A stretch of DNA of 63,940 bases, filler included, from Octopus bimaculoides (Eukaryota), in the NCBI RefSeq assembly GCF_001194135.2. It is 8 parts of 7 records of this genome, joined end to end, with 100 filler letters (N's around TTAATTAATTAA, not from the genome) between each part and the next. Parts side by side here need not be neighbours in the genome. Positions count along the whole stretch, not along the records: positions 15,991 to 36,146 come from NC_068984.1; positions 36,247 to 45,198 come from NC_068994.1; 6 more parts are not named here. The stretch is one strand, 5' to 3'. The notes beneath the pieces were generated by a model, which saw only the letters and a list, made by a program, of their open reading frames with translations, did no database searches and was not told where the DNA came from. Below are positions 24,704 to 37,646 of the stretch, piece by piece. A program made the position numbers and the translations under genes. The stretch's first letter is position 1. Each line of letters opens with the position of its first letter.

Positions 24704-25875
24704 TGTATGTAGTGTTGTTAAATAAGTGAATGTCTTTATTCCAACGGTGGCTGTTGAAATGAATACTCATTGTAATATCTATTGTGTCTCGAGAGAAACT
24801 TATAATGAATATACCATATTTTCTTTGAGATATATTTGGGATCCAACTTCTTCGTTTGATAAAATTTACATAGACATAAAGTCGTAACACCGACTAAGTG
24901 AGGAACCGTTGTGCGCTCTCAGAGAACAAAAACTAGCGGAACAAAAATTAATGGATGATATTTCAAGCTTTCGGGGAGTATCTTTCCTATAAAATTGAAA
25001 CAAACACTCCAAGTCTGTAATGAAAATCTCACGACAACATAAAACAATATAGAATACTGTGCCCAGCTGAGTGGCGTTTAAATCTTTCAGCTGTTATCCA
25101 TTAATTTTACCAACGAGTTGACGAATGCACTCAACCGTACCTGATGAGTTGTACAAAACCATTACGGGTAGATTAATCCCATTTTTGCTTTCGCAGGTAT
25201 GCACACAATATAGTCTATGCAATTAAAATGCAAGTCTGTTTTTAAACGATAAACATATTACATACACAAAGGCACTCACTCATCCATGCGTGCGTGTATG
25301 TGTGAGTATATGTGTGTGTGTATGAGTGCGTGTGTATGTATGTGTATGTGTGTATGTATGTGTTCACTAAACAGTGTAAATAAGATGAATTTAAATAAAT
25401 TTGAATATTATTATGTTTCAGCGTGGGTTCAATAGTTCAATAGTTTTTAAGACTGTAAAACACATGTATCCTTTACCATTGATGTGCAGAAATAAGTGAC
25501 AGGGTGTCTACTAATAGATCCTTTCACGATTTATTGACTGCTCCTCAAAGAGATGTACCTAGTTCGTTTTCCAATAAATAGCACAGATCATTTGCTTCTA
25601 AAGAAGTGATGAATTAGGCTAGCACCATAGTGGAGTGCTTATTTCGCATACTTTTGCTTTTGACGGCTTGTCATTAATTGACAGTTCTTAGGGAAGTCAG
25701 CCATACACTAATCTATAAAATTTATTCAGGAAGGAAACTAGATACACACACACACAGACACACACACAGAGACGATTACATACACGTATATGTCTATGTA
25801 TATGTTTGTATGTGTATAAATATATGTGTGTATAAATGTATATGTAAATGTCTGTGTGCGTCTTTCTCTCTCTCC

Positions 25876-25913
<38 letters not shown>

Positions 25914-26011
25914 NNNNNNNNNNNNNNNNNNNNNNNNNNNNNNNNNNNNNNNNNNNNNNNNNNNNNNNNNNNNNNNNNNNNNNNNNGTGTGTGTGTATGT
26001 ATGTATGTATG

Positions 26012-26064
<53 letters not shown>

Positions 26065-27647
26065 GTATTTTTTTATGTATGTATATCGGTGTGCGCGTGT
26101 TTGTGTTGTAAGATAAACTTAACGTATAAATATAAACTACTAAATCTATAAAGTTAAAATTTTCCAATTCACTATAAAAATTCTAATCTACTGCAAGGAA
26201 TTCGATGTATGATAGCTAGAATACTAGCTGTAAAGTACAAGTAAACAGACGAGCAATACTCCACTGCTAAACTACATTAAATATGACGAAAATAAGGACA
26301 AGCTTCATGCTATTTTCTCGTGCAGTGTCATGACAGCGCGAAGGAGATATGTTTTACCGTGCGTGTGTTTCGTTGTAAGTGTTTGCCTCTAACGATTTCA
26401 CTAACATCTACTTCATGCGAGTGTGTTTAGTATATACGTTTGTATATACACATGTACATAGATATATACATCTATATATCTACACATACACACACATTAT
26501 TTCCAAAATTCAATTGAATCGAGGTATTTTAATAATAAGGGCACTAAGAAAGAGTCGAGAGTAGCATATCCGTCTATCAACAGTGTATACGCACACTCAC
26601 GCCCATACTAATGTATACATAAGTTGTTCTACATCTTGCATACACATCCATATGGGCAGACCAATATACTCATTGATATGAATATACATGTATATACTAA
26701 ATAACATACAGACGTACTCCGATATGCAGTTTCGCGGTTCACTTCATGTTCCAAGTATGGTGCATAACAAATAAGAACATAGATGGATTCAGGTTCACTC
26801 CAGCTGTTTCAGAACGTTTTTTTTTTATTGATGAGCATATCAATTACAACATGAATAAAAAAAAAACAAAAAAAAAACAAAACTGATTTCTTCGTGTGCA
26901 TAAAAAATTAACCCAAAAGTTAAAATTTAAGATTTGACTCATAACGAATATAGTTTTTGACTCCTTCATCTCAATGATAATCAGAGAAGAAAACAATTTT
27001 TTTTCATGATGTAATCCATTTGGTCATCGATAAAAAATGCGTCTGAAACAGGTGTTGCGAACCTCAAACCATTTGTGTTCTTACATATACATGTATGTAT
27101 AAACGTGTAGACGTTACATTAGAAATCTATTAAGATTTCTCTATTTGAGGTTTCTGAGATTCATCTTCCTACTTCGATCTTCATGAGAGAACAAGGAATT
27201 TATAAGCACACATTATATAAGCTTATTCAGTTTAGTTAGTGTTTGTTATTTGCTTGCTGATCAGTAGTAACTAAGTTGCACTACCGATTGTCAATGCAGA
27301 CCCAGAAAATAGCATTAACTGATAATCTAATTATAAGGAAGGCTGACCATACATTTAAGTAAGAAAACAGCGAGTTTAATGATTTCTTACGTTTTTAACA
27401 TCATCAATAACCGAAGTCGGGTCGAATGCGGTATTTAAGGAAAATATTGGATATTATCTGACATTATTCTTTGACCAAGCAAGCAAGGGAGATAATTCTA
27501 ACCGTTTCAGGTTAACTGCGTATCATGAGCAGCCGTAAAAACTTCACCATTGCTTGCTGTGTACATTTGTTACTGGCTTCCGCTATTGGACGGTAGCTGC
27601 GCAGCGGTATCCCTTTTAAAAGTTTAGTAATATCAATATTGATCCCT

Positions 27648-27860
27648 TAAGGCGGCGAGCTGGAGAAATCGTTAGTACGCTGGACAAAATGCTTAGCGGC
27701 ATTTTGTCTATTTTTTACGCTCTGATTTCAAATTCTGCCGAGATCGACTGGCTTTTCATCCTTTTGCGGACGATAAAATAAATACCAGTTGAACACTGGA
27801 GTCAATGTAATCGACTTCCCTCTAACTACCTCCCACGAACTTGCTGAAGCCAATATCTAC
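27648..27860 (+). mobile_element. SINE family C
   Basis: ggcggcgagctggagaaatcgttagtacgc..caaattctgccgagatcgact..ttcatcctttt. Confidence 0.75.
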
Positions 27861-27904
27861 ATCAATCTCAGTATTTATATTATTGTTCACATAATGATGA
27901 ACGG

Positions 27905-28068
27905 TACACGACGCGCATCCTTTCAGTTTCCGTCTACCAAATCCACTCACGAGGCTTTGGTCGGCTCGAGGCTACACTAGAAGACACTTTCCCAAGGTGT
28001 CACGCAGTGGGACTGAACACGGGACCACGTAGTTGGGAAGCAAGCTTCTTACCACATAGCCACGTCTG
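27905..28068 (-). mobile_element. SINE family A
   Basis: Reverse complement of the family A head and core (tttcagtttccgtctaccaaatccactcac..gggaagcaagcttcttaccac). Confidence 0.85.
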
Positions 28069-28716
28069 AATAATCGTGCAGAAATAATCAAATGCTGTAA
28101 TGTATTTTTTCTTGTTCATTACAAATCTTTCCGCCATGAATGCAAGTGTATGCAGGGACATGATTACTGACGTAGTAATTTTCTACTACTACTAAGAGCT
28201 ATTCATTTCCTATTCTTCAATACGCTTCCTTCATACCATCTTCTTACCACCTTGCATTCCCTTCTCTTTAGCTCTCTTCCCCTCTCTTTTTCTTTTATAA
28301 TGAGCTATATACATATAAATATATATAATTATGTATGTATATATATATATGTATCTATGTATGTGTATATGTGTGTATGTATGTATGTATGTATGTATGT
28401 ATGTATGGCGACCTCTCTATCTACATATATTACACACATATACAGGTAAATTATCTCCTGTTGCTACGAAACTTGTACGTTTCTTTGTAACCATGGAGAC
28501 TAGCAGTCTCCGATGTTTACTTGTAAACTGTTAGAGATATAGCTATCAATAGCCTGAAGGGATCCACAATCACCCACTCATACAACGATAACAGCAACAG
28601 CTATCTATCTGTCAATCTATCTATCTATCTACCTATCTATCTGTCTATCGATAAATACATTATATATACGTACATAAATATATATATGTATGTATGTATA
28701 TATTTATGCATGTATG

Positions 28717-28770
<54 letters not shown>

Positions 28771-29034
28771 TGTATGTGTGTGTATGTGTGTCCGTCTTCT
28801 TAAACAAATGCGTATATATCATCCTTCCGTGTGGACATCTGCGTGTACATACATACATACATACATACATACATACACATGAACCCACGCACAAACACAT
28901 CCACATACGTATGAATATATAAATATGCGTGTATGTGTGTACACGTGTATGTGTGTATAACGTATGCATGCTTGTATGCATGTATGTATGTATGTATGTA
29001 TGTATGTATGTATGTATGTATGCATGTATGTATG

Positions 29035-29070
<36 letters not shown>

Positions 29071-29159
29071 CAGATACTCTCTCACACGTCGCTCACTATA
29101 TCCGGTGCTAGGCCACTTCCATTTGGGCGTTTACGGACGACTTGACTGTGAAAGCGTAC

Positions 29160-29408
29160 GACTTTATGGTTAGGCTATTCGGCTTACGATGAGTTCGATT
29201 CCCGGCGGCGCATGGCGTCCTTGAGCAAGACACTTTATAATATGCTGCTCCTGTTCACTCACCTGGAAAAAATGAACAGTACCTGTAATTCAAAAGGACC
29301 AGCCTTGTCAGATTTCGTGCCACGCTCAATCTCCTGGAATGCTCAGCCATTTCTACGTTAATTTCCCGAGCATGTTGGAACATTCATCGCCATAACCGAC
29401 GGAGAGCC
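29160..29408 (+). mobile_element. Diverged SINE family B2
   Basis: tggttaggctattcggc..gagttcgattcccggc..gtccttgagcaagacactt head, plus B-type tail ..cataaccgacggag. Confidence 0.7.
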
Positions 29409-30270
29409 AGGTCAGATGACCAAACTGTAATAATACTGTTGGTCACGTGGAGCTGGAGAATTCTGAATACCTTGAATTAGAATTGCGGAGTGAAACTCAC
29501 GCGAGTCAAGTCTGTAATTCTTGAGGGACAGGTTCAATAGCAAGGTCTGCATTGTAATTGCTTGTTCAGAGAAGTAAAAGAAAACATCCATCACCGAGAA
29601 ACTAGTGAATAGCCTCGGAAAGGTGTTTAATTGAAAGATACAGCGTGCGACTACCAATTGGAGGCCTGACTTTGTACCTGACATGTTTAAGGTCTAGAAT
29701 TCTTTAGCTACCGAGGTTCCAATATCCGCAGTGGATTACTTTGAGAAATGTGTAAGAGATACTTATGGAGAAGTCTGTGGCTTCCTCAGAGCCTTCGCAG
29801 AAGAGCTTCATCAAGTTGAAGCTCTCCTTCAGCAGTTTGAAAATTCTGGTGACTTGTGCTGGGTGGAGGTCTTTTCGGTACGTATTCAAGCCAACGTAAG
29901 ATATAAATGGAAAGCAAAGGAGGATTGAAGTAGCAGCGTTGCGCTAATGTAAAGAGTGTTGATAGGTGTAGTATCTTGAGGAGAGGCTGGCCTGGATAAC
30001 AACACAACTCGCTATGACAAAGTGAGTGAGGTACAACCAACGAATGAAGAGGAGTGAGCCTGCATGGGTAACACGATGCTGCAACGGGACCTTGGGTTTG
30101 ATGGGAGTAAGCGGTAGCCGCAGAGTATCACGGCTAGAGGGTAGAGAGTCAACGGATTAAAATTTCTGATTTCGGCAGTTTACGATATTCTACTGAGCCC
30201 ATCCAAATTGTTCGGCGGAGTAAAGTTGGAGTTGCCAGCTATGTACAGCGTGTCTGAGGAGGAGGACACC
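29409..30270 (+). mobile_element. Hero-like RLE non-LTR retrotransposon relic (RT C-terminal half to thumb)
   Basis: Broken translation gives DD(L)TV..RIL, ITEKLVNSLGKVF, EVPISAV, YKWKA, RVLIGVVS*GEAGL, QQGPW..WE and LKFLISAVYDILLSPSKL. These match Hero-type motifs (EKPVKSLG, EVP.STV, RKW.A, GTVAxGRAGLG, QQGAW, IKFLIxAVYDVLPSPSNL). Confidence 0.75.
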
Positions 30271-31071
30271 GGCTTTCTAAAATCCCGGCTGAGTTATTTT
30301 GACTCAAGTGAAAGAATTTACGTAAAAGCTTTCATAAGAAGTGGGGACGTTAGACGCCTGGGTAACATAACATGGATCATACAACATAAATAAAGAAAAA
30401 CATAACGACCAAGGAACATAAAGTCCGTGGATAATAAGTACGAGCTTGAGATGTTGAAATTGCTTAGCCGTGATGTCTCTTCTTCATATTCATAGATGAA
30501 AAGCTTATATCAAACTTCGTTGATGGCTACAGATGTTGTTCTTTAACTGTAGATTCTATCCTGGTTGCGTAATACTTTGAACAAAGTCTTTACCATCCTG
30601 TCTCTTTATTTATTTCTTTTTTTGTTATAGTATATATTGGGTCACATTATCCATTATGCAGAAGATTCAGCTGCTATTTCTTGAAGGACGAGCGACTAAC
30701 TGGAGGGTTCAGAAAATTAACAGATTTTATTTCTGAGAAAATGAGATCATTTAATCTAAAGGGCAAGATTATGATGAGATAATAGAACTAATGACAAGTA
30801 TGGGGAAAACGACCACGTCAGCAGATATTGCCAACGCTATAAATACGTATATATATGATGCATTCTGATGATTTCATCAAAAACAAGCAACCGGTCATCG
30901 ACCTACATGAGTTATCAGGTACATATATATGTCTGCATATATGTCTGTCTGTTTGTATGTATGTATATATGTATGTCTATTATATATATATATGACTATA
31001 TTCATATATGTGTGTTTGTATGCATGTGGGTATGTATATATGTATGTATGTATGCATGTATGTATGTATGA

Positions 31072-31132
<61 letters not shown>

Positions 31133-31989
31133 ATCTATCTGTACATGAACATTTTGCCTCATACAAATAGAGACGCAGGCTTGAATTTACATCTAACAAT
31201 ACCTTTATTCAAATAATTCGAGATCAAAAATTAACAACGATCCAGATAAGGGAATAGGATTCACGTGTAAATCCCCAAGCAGGTGACTGCACACTTAATT
31301 ACTCCAGAGTGACCATTCTCTTCGAGTAGGTATAACTCACCATTGCTTCAATAGATTTGTAAAACCGAAACTCGGCGAACATATTCCTTTATCTACGCGT
31401 GTAGCTACACATATTCCTGCTAACTATATATATATATATATATATNNNNNNNNNNNNNNNNNNNNNNNNNNNNNNNNNNNNNNNNNNNNNNNNNNNNNNN
31501 NNNNNNNNNNNNNNNNNNNNNNNNNNNNNNNNNNNNNNNNNNNNNNNNNNNNNNNNNNNNNNNNNNNNNNNNNNNNNNNNNNNNNNNNNNNNNNNNNNNN
31601 NNNNNNNNNNNNNNNNNNNNNNNNNNNNNNNNNNNNNNNNNNNNNNNNNNNNNNNNNNNNNNNNNNNNNNNNNNNNNNNNNNNNNNNNNNNNNNNNNNNN
31701 NNNNNNNNNNNNNNNNNNNNNNNNNNNNNNNNNNNNNNNNNNNNNNNNNNNNNNNNNNNNNNNNNNNNNNNNNNNNNNNNNNNNNNNNNNNNNNNNNNNN
31801 NNNNNNNNNNNNNNNNNNNNNNNNNNNNNNNNNNNNNNNNNNNNNNNNNNNNNNNNNNNNNNNNNNNNNNNNNNNNNNNNNNNNNNNNNNNNNNNNNNNN
31901 NNNNNNNNNNNNNNNNNNNNNNNNNNNNNNNNNNNNNNNNNNNNNNNNNNNNNNNNNNNNNNNNNNNNNNNNNNNNNNNNNNNNNNNNN

Positions 31990-32024
<35 letters not shown>

Positions 32025-33093
32025 GGAACACAAACGCAACAGAGGACAATAAAACACTCGGACAGATAGACAATACAAAGGCGGACAGGAGAAACAAAAA
32101 ATAGGACAGGCAAAAAAAGACCCGTTATTCGTGGCCTTCTTTCCTCAGTCAAGTATACCAGAAATCCTTACTGTTTCGGACAGTTACATTTGAGACAATT
32201 CGATCTGGTTGCCCTCCAAAAAGTCTAAGCTAAGACCATTAGACCTTTTTGTAAGAAAGCTAGCGAATGTGTACGGCTTCATAGACAAAAACGGAGAACA
32301 TCGTACACAATTACAGATACAAGCAACAAGAATATAACAACAGGTGTCTTTCGACAGAGAACGAATCAAATTGAGCTGGCGTGTATAAAGTGAAAGCCTA
32401 AAGCCCAGAACATAGGAGATGGCCATAAGAGCTGTTGGCGGTCGGCAGTCAGGCCAAGAAAGAAAGGTCATAGCTGGCCGGACACCGGTCACGTGGAAGG
32501 AAGAGAGAGAGGTAGGGGCAGCCGGATTGAAGGATTAGAATAAAAATTAGACAAAGGGAAAGGTACAGGGGATATAAACGAGGAGGAAAAAGTGGGAGTT
32601 CAGGAAAGAGAGGGCCAATAAATGTGAGAAAGAAAGGGGGATCGAGAAAAACAAAAGAGGAAGAAAGTATGAGGGTGACTAAAAGATAGAATAAGAGTAG
32701 TACACAATTTAGATACATACCCACTATAAGGCGAGCATTAGTGTGTACGTACGCCGCTATATGTATATATAAATATAAAAAAATGGAACAAAAACGTGTA
32801 TGTGTGTCTGTGTATCTGTGTGTGTATCTGTGTGTGTGTGTGTCTGCTAGTCGCACGCACACACCCACACGCACAAATACACATAATATTTGTATGTATC
32901 TGAGTTAAAACATTGATTTGATATACTCCTTTATTTCGGTATCTACACACACATATGATCTTCTTTTCTTAATAAAAACCATCAGTAGTCGGCCACTTGA
33001 ACCTGCTTGTATTTTACGTATTCTAACATCTGCTACATGTGTGTTCATAACATTCTCTCGTTATGGTTGTAATGTGGTTAGTTAAAGGAGATA

Positions 33094-33163
33094 TTACATC
33101 TGCAGCATTATTTTGCTGCTTTCCCAAAACACTGCTTTAATATCATCTTTCTTTATATCAAAC
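33094..33163 (-). CDS. Candidate terminal coding exon of an unidentified host gene
   Basis: Good acceptor (attattttgcttgttttcag|G) is followed by G-TTT GAT..CAG ATG TAA = FDIKKDDIKAVFWESSKIMLQM*. It joins in frame with the micro-exon at 33521-33537. No homology was recognised. Confidence 0.3.
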
Positions 33164-33520
33164 CTGAAAACAAGCAAAATAATCAAGAAGGGGAAACGGT
33201 TTACCTATTGAAAGCTACACACATATTATATTTGACATATTATATTTGATTACACTTAGGAAAGTGTCTGCGATAGGCATCACGCTCAGCAGAACCAATT
33301 ATACTTTATGATTTAATGATACTCTTATATGAGAATATATACAGAGGCAATTATGTGGATAAACAAGTCTGCACCTTTTGCTTTCCCTCGTTTTGTATAT
33401 ATACATATATACATATTTGGTATTTCATACCCAAACTATTGTATTTAAAATATTTAATATATTTAATGTATTCAGATAATTGCCTCTATACCCGCTCAAC
33501 TTTTTTTTACCTTTCCTTAC

Positions 33521-33537
33521 CTTGTGGAATCGATCCC
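33521..33537 (-). CDS. Candidate 17-nt micro-exon
   Basis: tgtctttacag|GGGATCGATTCCACAAG|gtaagg has a strong acceptor and donor. Confidence 0.3.
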
Positions 33538-33624
33538 CTGTAAAGACATGGAGTCCAAATTTGATTCTTTTGAGCACTACAAAGTGTCTTCTATACTGAG
33601 AATCTCTGCATTTCATTTGTGAAC

Positions 33625-33688
<64 letters not shown>

Positions 33689-33702
33689 GCGAGAAAGTGA
33701 GG

Positions 33703-33740
<38 letters not shown>

Positions 33741-33904
33741 CATATGCACGCACTCACACACAGACACACACATGGATGTGTGTGTGTATGTGTATGTGTG
33801 TGTGTGTGTGTATGTGTGTGTGTGTGTGTGTATGTGTCTATGTGTCTAAGCCTTGAAAGCAAAGCTATCATAGATAAGCAGAGGTGTAGATCCTGTAACA
33901 GTCA

Positions 33905-34115
33905 GTGATGTATTCTCATTTAGAAAATGCATATTAATATGAGAAAAGAAGTGGAAATAGCAACAAACTTGCAGACAATAGAAGCCAGGTGTAATAATCG
34001 ATGTAGGCTATGTGGAATGAATGCTGAAAGTATGACTCACATTATTATTCGTTGTCCAACATTGAAACTGCGTATTAACTTCCAGCGAGGCATTGTGTTA
34101 GAGTAGAAATTTTTA
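33905..34115 (+). mobile_element. Zinc-finger region of an RLE non-LTR retrotransposon
   Basis: SHLE..EIATNL..NNRCRLCGMNAESMTHIIIRCPTL..(Y)LPARH gives a CCHC finger and RH motif, same style as 3962-4268. Confidence 0.7.
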
Positions 34116-34214
34116 TGCAAAACAGCAGTTTCTGAAACACAACTCAGGACATTGACACAATGAACGTGTCAATGGAACGCAGAAGCCAAACTGTAAGTTT
34201 CTGCATGGTGGTCT

Positions 34215-34500
34215 TCGACTTAGGAGAAATAGCTACAAAATCTCCATTCCAGCAATCATTTTCTGCCACTGTCTTAAAATAATTAAAGGACGCATTGGAC
34301 AATATAGCTTTCCATATAAAAAAAAGGAGGGATGCTCTGGAAAAGTGGAGGTGGGGACAAGAATAATGACTTACTTGATAAATCCATTATGTCTGAAACA
34401 AAAAGAAGAAGAAAAAACCAAAACGGATGGCCACGGTTGGATTCCTTTTGATAATACATCTGCCGGAACAGTGCTGACCACCTGGGACTAAAAACAACAA
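34215..34500 (+). mobile_element. SINE-like family E copy
   Basis: gagaaatagctacaaaatctcc head and gctgaccacctgggactaaaaacaacaa tail. Confidence 0.45.
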
Positions 34501-34925
34501 AAGTATCAATCAAATGCATATATATTAGAGAGAGAGAATGGGAAAATGAGAACTGTAGAAGATAACTAATGAGAAATCAACCAAACAGAATTCAGTGTTT
34601 TCCGTCAGGCACTCTAGAAATAGCAGCTAAGTTACCTGTTATGGGAGAATCCTGAATACCCTCATGTGACTGCAGATGGACTAACCGATTACAATAGACA
34701 AGAACTGAGTGAAATGTCATTGTTGTTGACATTGTTGGTTCGACGTCTGTTGGTTTAAAAGTCGGTAGTTGAACCGTGAATACTGAGTATCGGACCTACT
34801 TTCGAGTAGTACGGAGTGCGTTCTGTGTTAATATATATTTCTGCGATAGATTATTTTTAGATAACGACAACCAACTATTTATTTGTGTAATGCCGTTTTA
34901 TACCAGACGTGTATATCTTCCTATT

Positions 34926-35334
34926 TGTTGGCACTCCGTCGCTTACGACGTCGAGGGTTCCAGTTGATCCGATCAACGGAACAACCTGTTCGTGAAATTA
35001 ACGTGTAAGTGGCTGAGGACTCCAGTGGCTGAGCACTCCAGTGGCTGAGCACTCCACAGACACGTGTACCCTTAACGTAGTTCTTGGGGATATTCAGCGT
35101 GACACAATGTGACAAGGCTGACCCTTTGAATTACAGGCACAACAGAAACAGGAAGAGTGAGAGAAAGTTGTGGCAAAAGAGTACAGCAGGGTTCGCCACC
35201 ATCCCCTGCCGGAGCCTCGTGGGGCTTTTAGGTGTTTTCGCTCAATAAACACTCACAACGCCCGGTCTGGGAATCGAAACCGCGATCCTATGACCGCGAG
35301 TCCGCTGCCCTAACCACTGGGCCATTGTACCTCC
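34926..35334 (-). mobile_element. tRNA(Arg)-like SINE family B with internal 16-bp triplication
   Basis: Near-identical to 42314-42703 and 62115-62501. agtggctgag(g/c)actcc occurs three times at 35008-35055. An imperfect TSD reads atc(t/c)tcctatt. Confidence 0.9.
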
Positions 35335-36298
35335 ACATCCTCCTATTAACATTACCTCAAAGCACATAACTCGTAACATCTTAATGAAAGGAAAACTTAG
35401 ATACACTGCATCTGCATTTGATAAAAATAAACGTAAAAAAAAGGACGGAATGGTCATGTCTAGCACGCTTTTGATCATAGTTCATCTTCTTTAGTCTCGG
35501 ACTGACCAATATTCTGTAAGTGCAATGCGGTAGGCAATATCTATGCGGAAATCCGTCGCATTTGCCTATGTCTACGTACATACACCGGTGAAAAATATCA
35601 ATATTGATATCATCAATAAAGATTTTATGGAGTATATCTTAGATAAAACCGTAAACCGGTATATTTTTAAAACAAATACATTGTGGTATTTGCTCCACCC
35701 GAGTTGCATAAACGCTCCCGTGTTACTCATACCCACGTAAAAGCAGTGAACCAGTGATTGTCTCCTTCTAATGTGCAACTAAAAATGCTATTATTCAGAA
35801 GAAGCAGCTTAAAATATAAAATCAAACTAAACAATAACTAAAATATCACAAGAAATTATAAAATTTCGAGAGAATGTGAAATAATTCGTTTTTGCGACAA
35901 TGGATTTCGAAGCACATAAATTTATAAATAATAGCTTATAAATAAAAAATACAGGTGATGTGTGTGTGTGGGGGGGGGGATAGAGAGAGAGAGAGACAGA
36001 GAGACATAGAGTGTATGTGTGAGTGAGTGTGTTAACAAAACTTGAGGAAAATATATACATACACACATGTATGTGCATATATATATATATATACATATAT
36101 GTATGTATGTAGGTATGTATATACATACATATATATGTATATATATNNNNNNNNNNNNNNNNNNNNNNNNNNNNNNNNNNNNNNNNNNNNTTAATTAATT
36201 AANNNNNNNNNNNNNNNNNNNNNNNNNNNNNNNNNNNNNNNNNNNNTGTGTGTGTATATGTGTGTACATGTGTGCGTGTGTATATATATATATATTGT

Positions 36299-36487
36299 TG
36301 TATTTGGGGATGGTCATGTTGCCAGTTTAGCCACACTATGTATATTAGGGGTTAATTTGCTTCAGCTTTGTTTTAAATTAATCGTATTCCGGCCAGAGTT
36401 CTTTCGTCACGCTTCTGTGACCTCATCAGTGGTCCTTAGAGTATGTTTTTATTGGCTAAACTGGCAACATGACCATCCCCAAATACA
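36299..36487. mobile_element. 189-bp foldback/MITE-like element with perfect 35-bp terminal inverted repeats
   Basis: 36299-36333 tgtatttggggatggtcatgttgccagtttagcca is the exact reverse complement of 36453-36487. Confidence 0.85.
36391..36435 (-). ncRNA. Minimal type I hammerhead ribozyme motif inside the foldback element
   Basis: GGACCA-CTGATGA-G-GTCACagaagcGTGAC-GAAA-GAAC-TC-TGGCC: intact core, 5-bp stem II, extra G after A9, CUC site. Confidence 0.6.
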
Positions 36488-36542
36488 CACGAATTCACAT
36501 CAAGAATCTTGCAACACACACACACACACACACACACACATA

Positions 36543-36865
36543 GGTGAAGGCGCGTAACTTAGTGGTTAGGGCATTCGGCTCATAATCGTATGGTCGTACG
36601 TTCGATTCCTGGTGACGCATTGTCCTTAAGCAAGACACTTTATTTCACGGTGCTCCAGTTCACTCAGCTGGCAAAACTGAGTAGTACCTGTATTTTAAGG
36701 GGACAGCCTTGTCACACCCTGTGTCAAGCTGAATTTCACTGAGAACTACGTTAAGGGTACACGTGTCTGTGGAGTGCTCAGCCACTTGCACGTTAATTTC
36801 ACAAGCAGACCTTTCTGTTGATCGTATCAGCTGGGACCCTCGTCGTCTTAACCGACGGAGTGCTC
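36543..36865 (+). mobile_element. SINE family B2 (own tRNA head, tail shared with family B)
   Basis: ggcgcgtaacttagtggttagggc..gttcgattcctgg..tgtccttaagcaagacactt head is followed by the family B tail gagaactacgttaagggtacacgtgtctgtggagtgctcagccac. Confidence 0.85.
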
Positions 36866-37646
36866 CTTTAACATATATAAATAGATATATATCAAGACCC
36901 ACTCTCTTTCCCTCCTTTCCCCTACCTACATCCCTATCTCATCCCTTCGTTCTTCTTTCACATTCTCTCTCTCTCTCTCTCCCTCTCTCTCTTATTTTTA
37001 TAGCGTCTTATCTTCTTCATTGTCCTCTCCATCGTAAAAATCATTTTCTGTTAGTTCACGCATGAGAAAGTAAAGAAACAAAATCGACAAAGAGACCAAA
37101 GAAGGCGATAAGTTCGTTCAAATAGCAAGTTAACATTAATAGTCAAAAATAATATAGGTGGCGGGATTGCGTGTGGCGGGGTGAGTACATATACATTTTG
37201 TTAGTTCGCTTAGGCATAACGATACTAATAACCTGATATTAGGACCCAATATACAGATTTTTCAGAACGAAGGGTCAGTCGAGCACGGAGCAGTAATATA
37301 CTAAATTGAATTGAAAAAAGAAATTTGTCAGGAACTTCATTAGCTTACAGCTGTTTCTGCTATCAGATGCAATGCACTCATAGTTATACGTTTGTGAATC
37401 TCTATTGCTTCATCGGAGCGTCAAGCATGTAGTGAAACTTTATCACGGAACGCATTTACATTTATGTTCATGTATTTACTTTGAAAGATTCTTGGTGTGA
37501 AATCGTGTGTTGAAACATTTTGTTATATTTCGGGGTGGTCATTTTATTTCTTTTATTTTTATAAATTTTCGCCAAACAAACACGTGCATTATATATTCGT
37601 TCTTCGTTTAGATTTATTTTATTATTGTTCTTATTTCATCTCCTGT

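Noticed and set aside
25133-25170. CTGATGA-GTtgtAC-AAAA hammerhead-like string; similar partial strings at ~390, ~1005, ~7855, ~30865 and ~32175
   Set aside because: Each lacks a consistent stem I, core or NUH site. They may be very old relics but are not supportable individually.
37155-37185. Two GGCGGG boxes suggesting a promoter
   Set aside because: There is no downstream ORF or other evidence; short motifs alone are insufficient.
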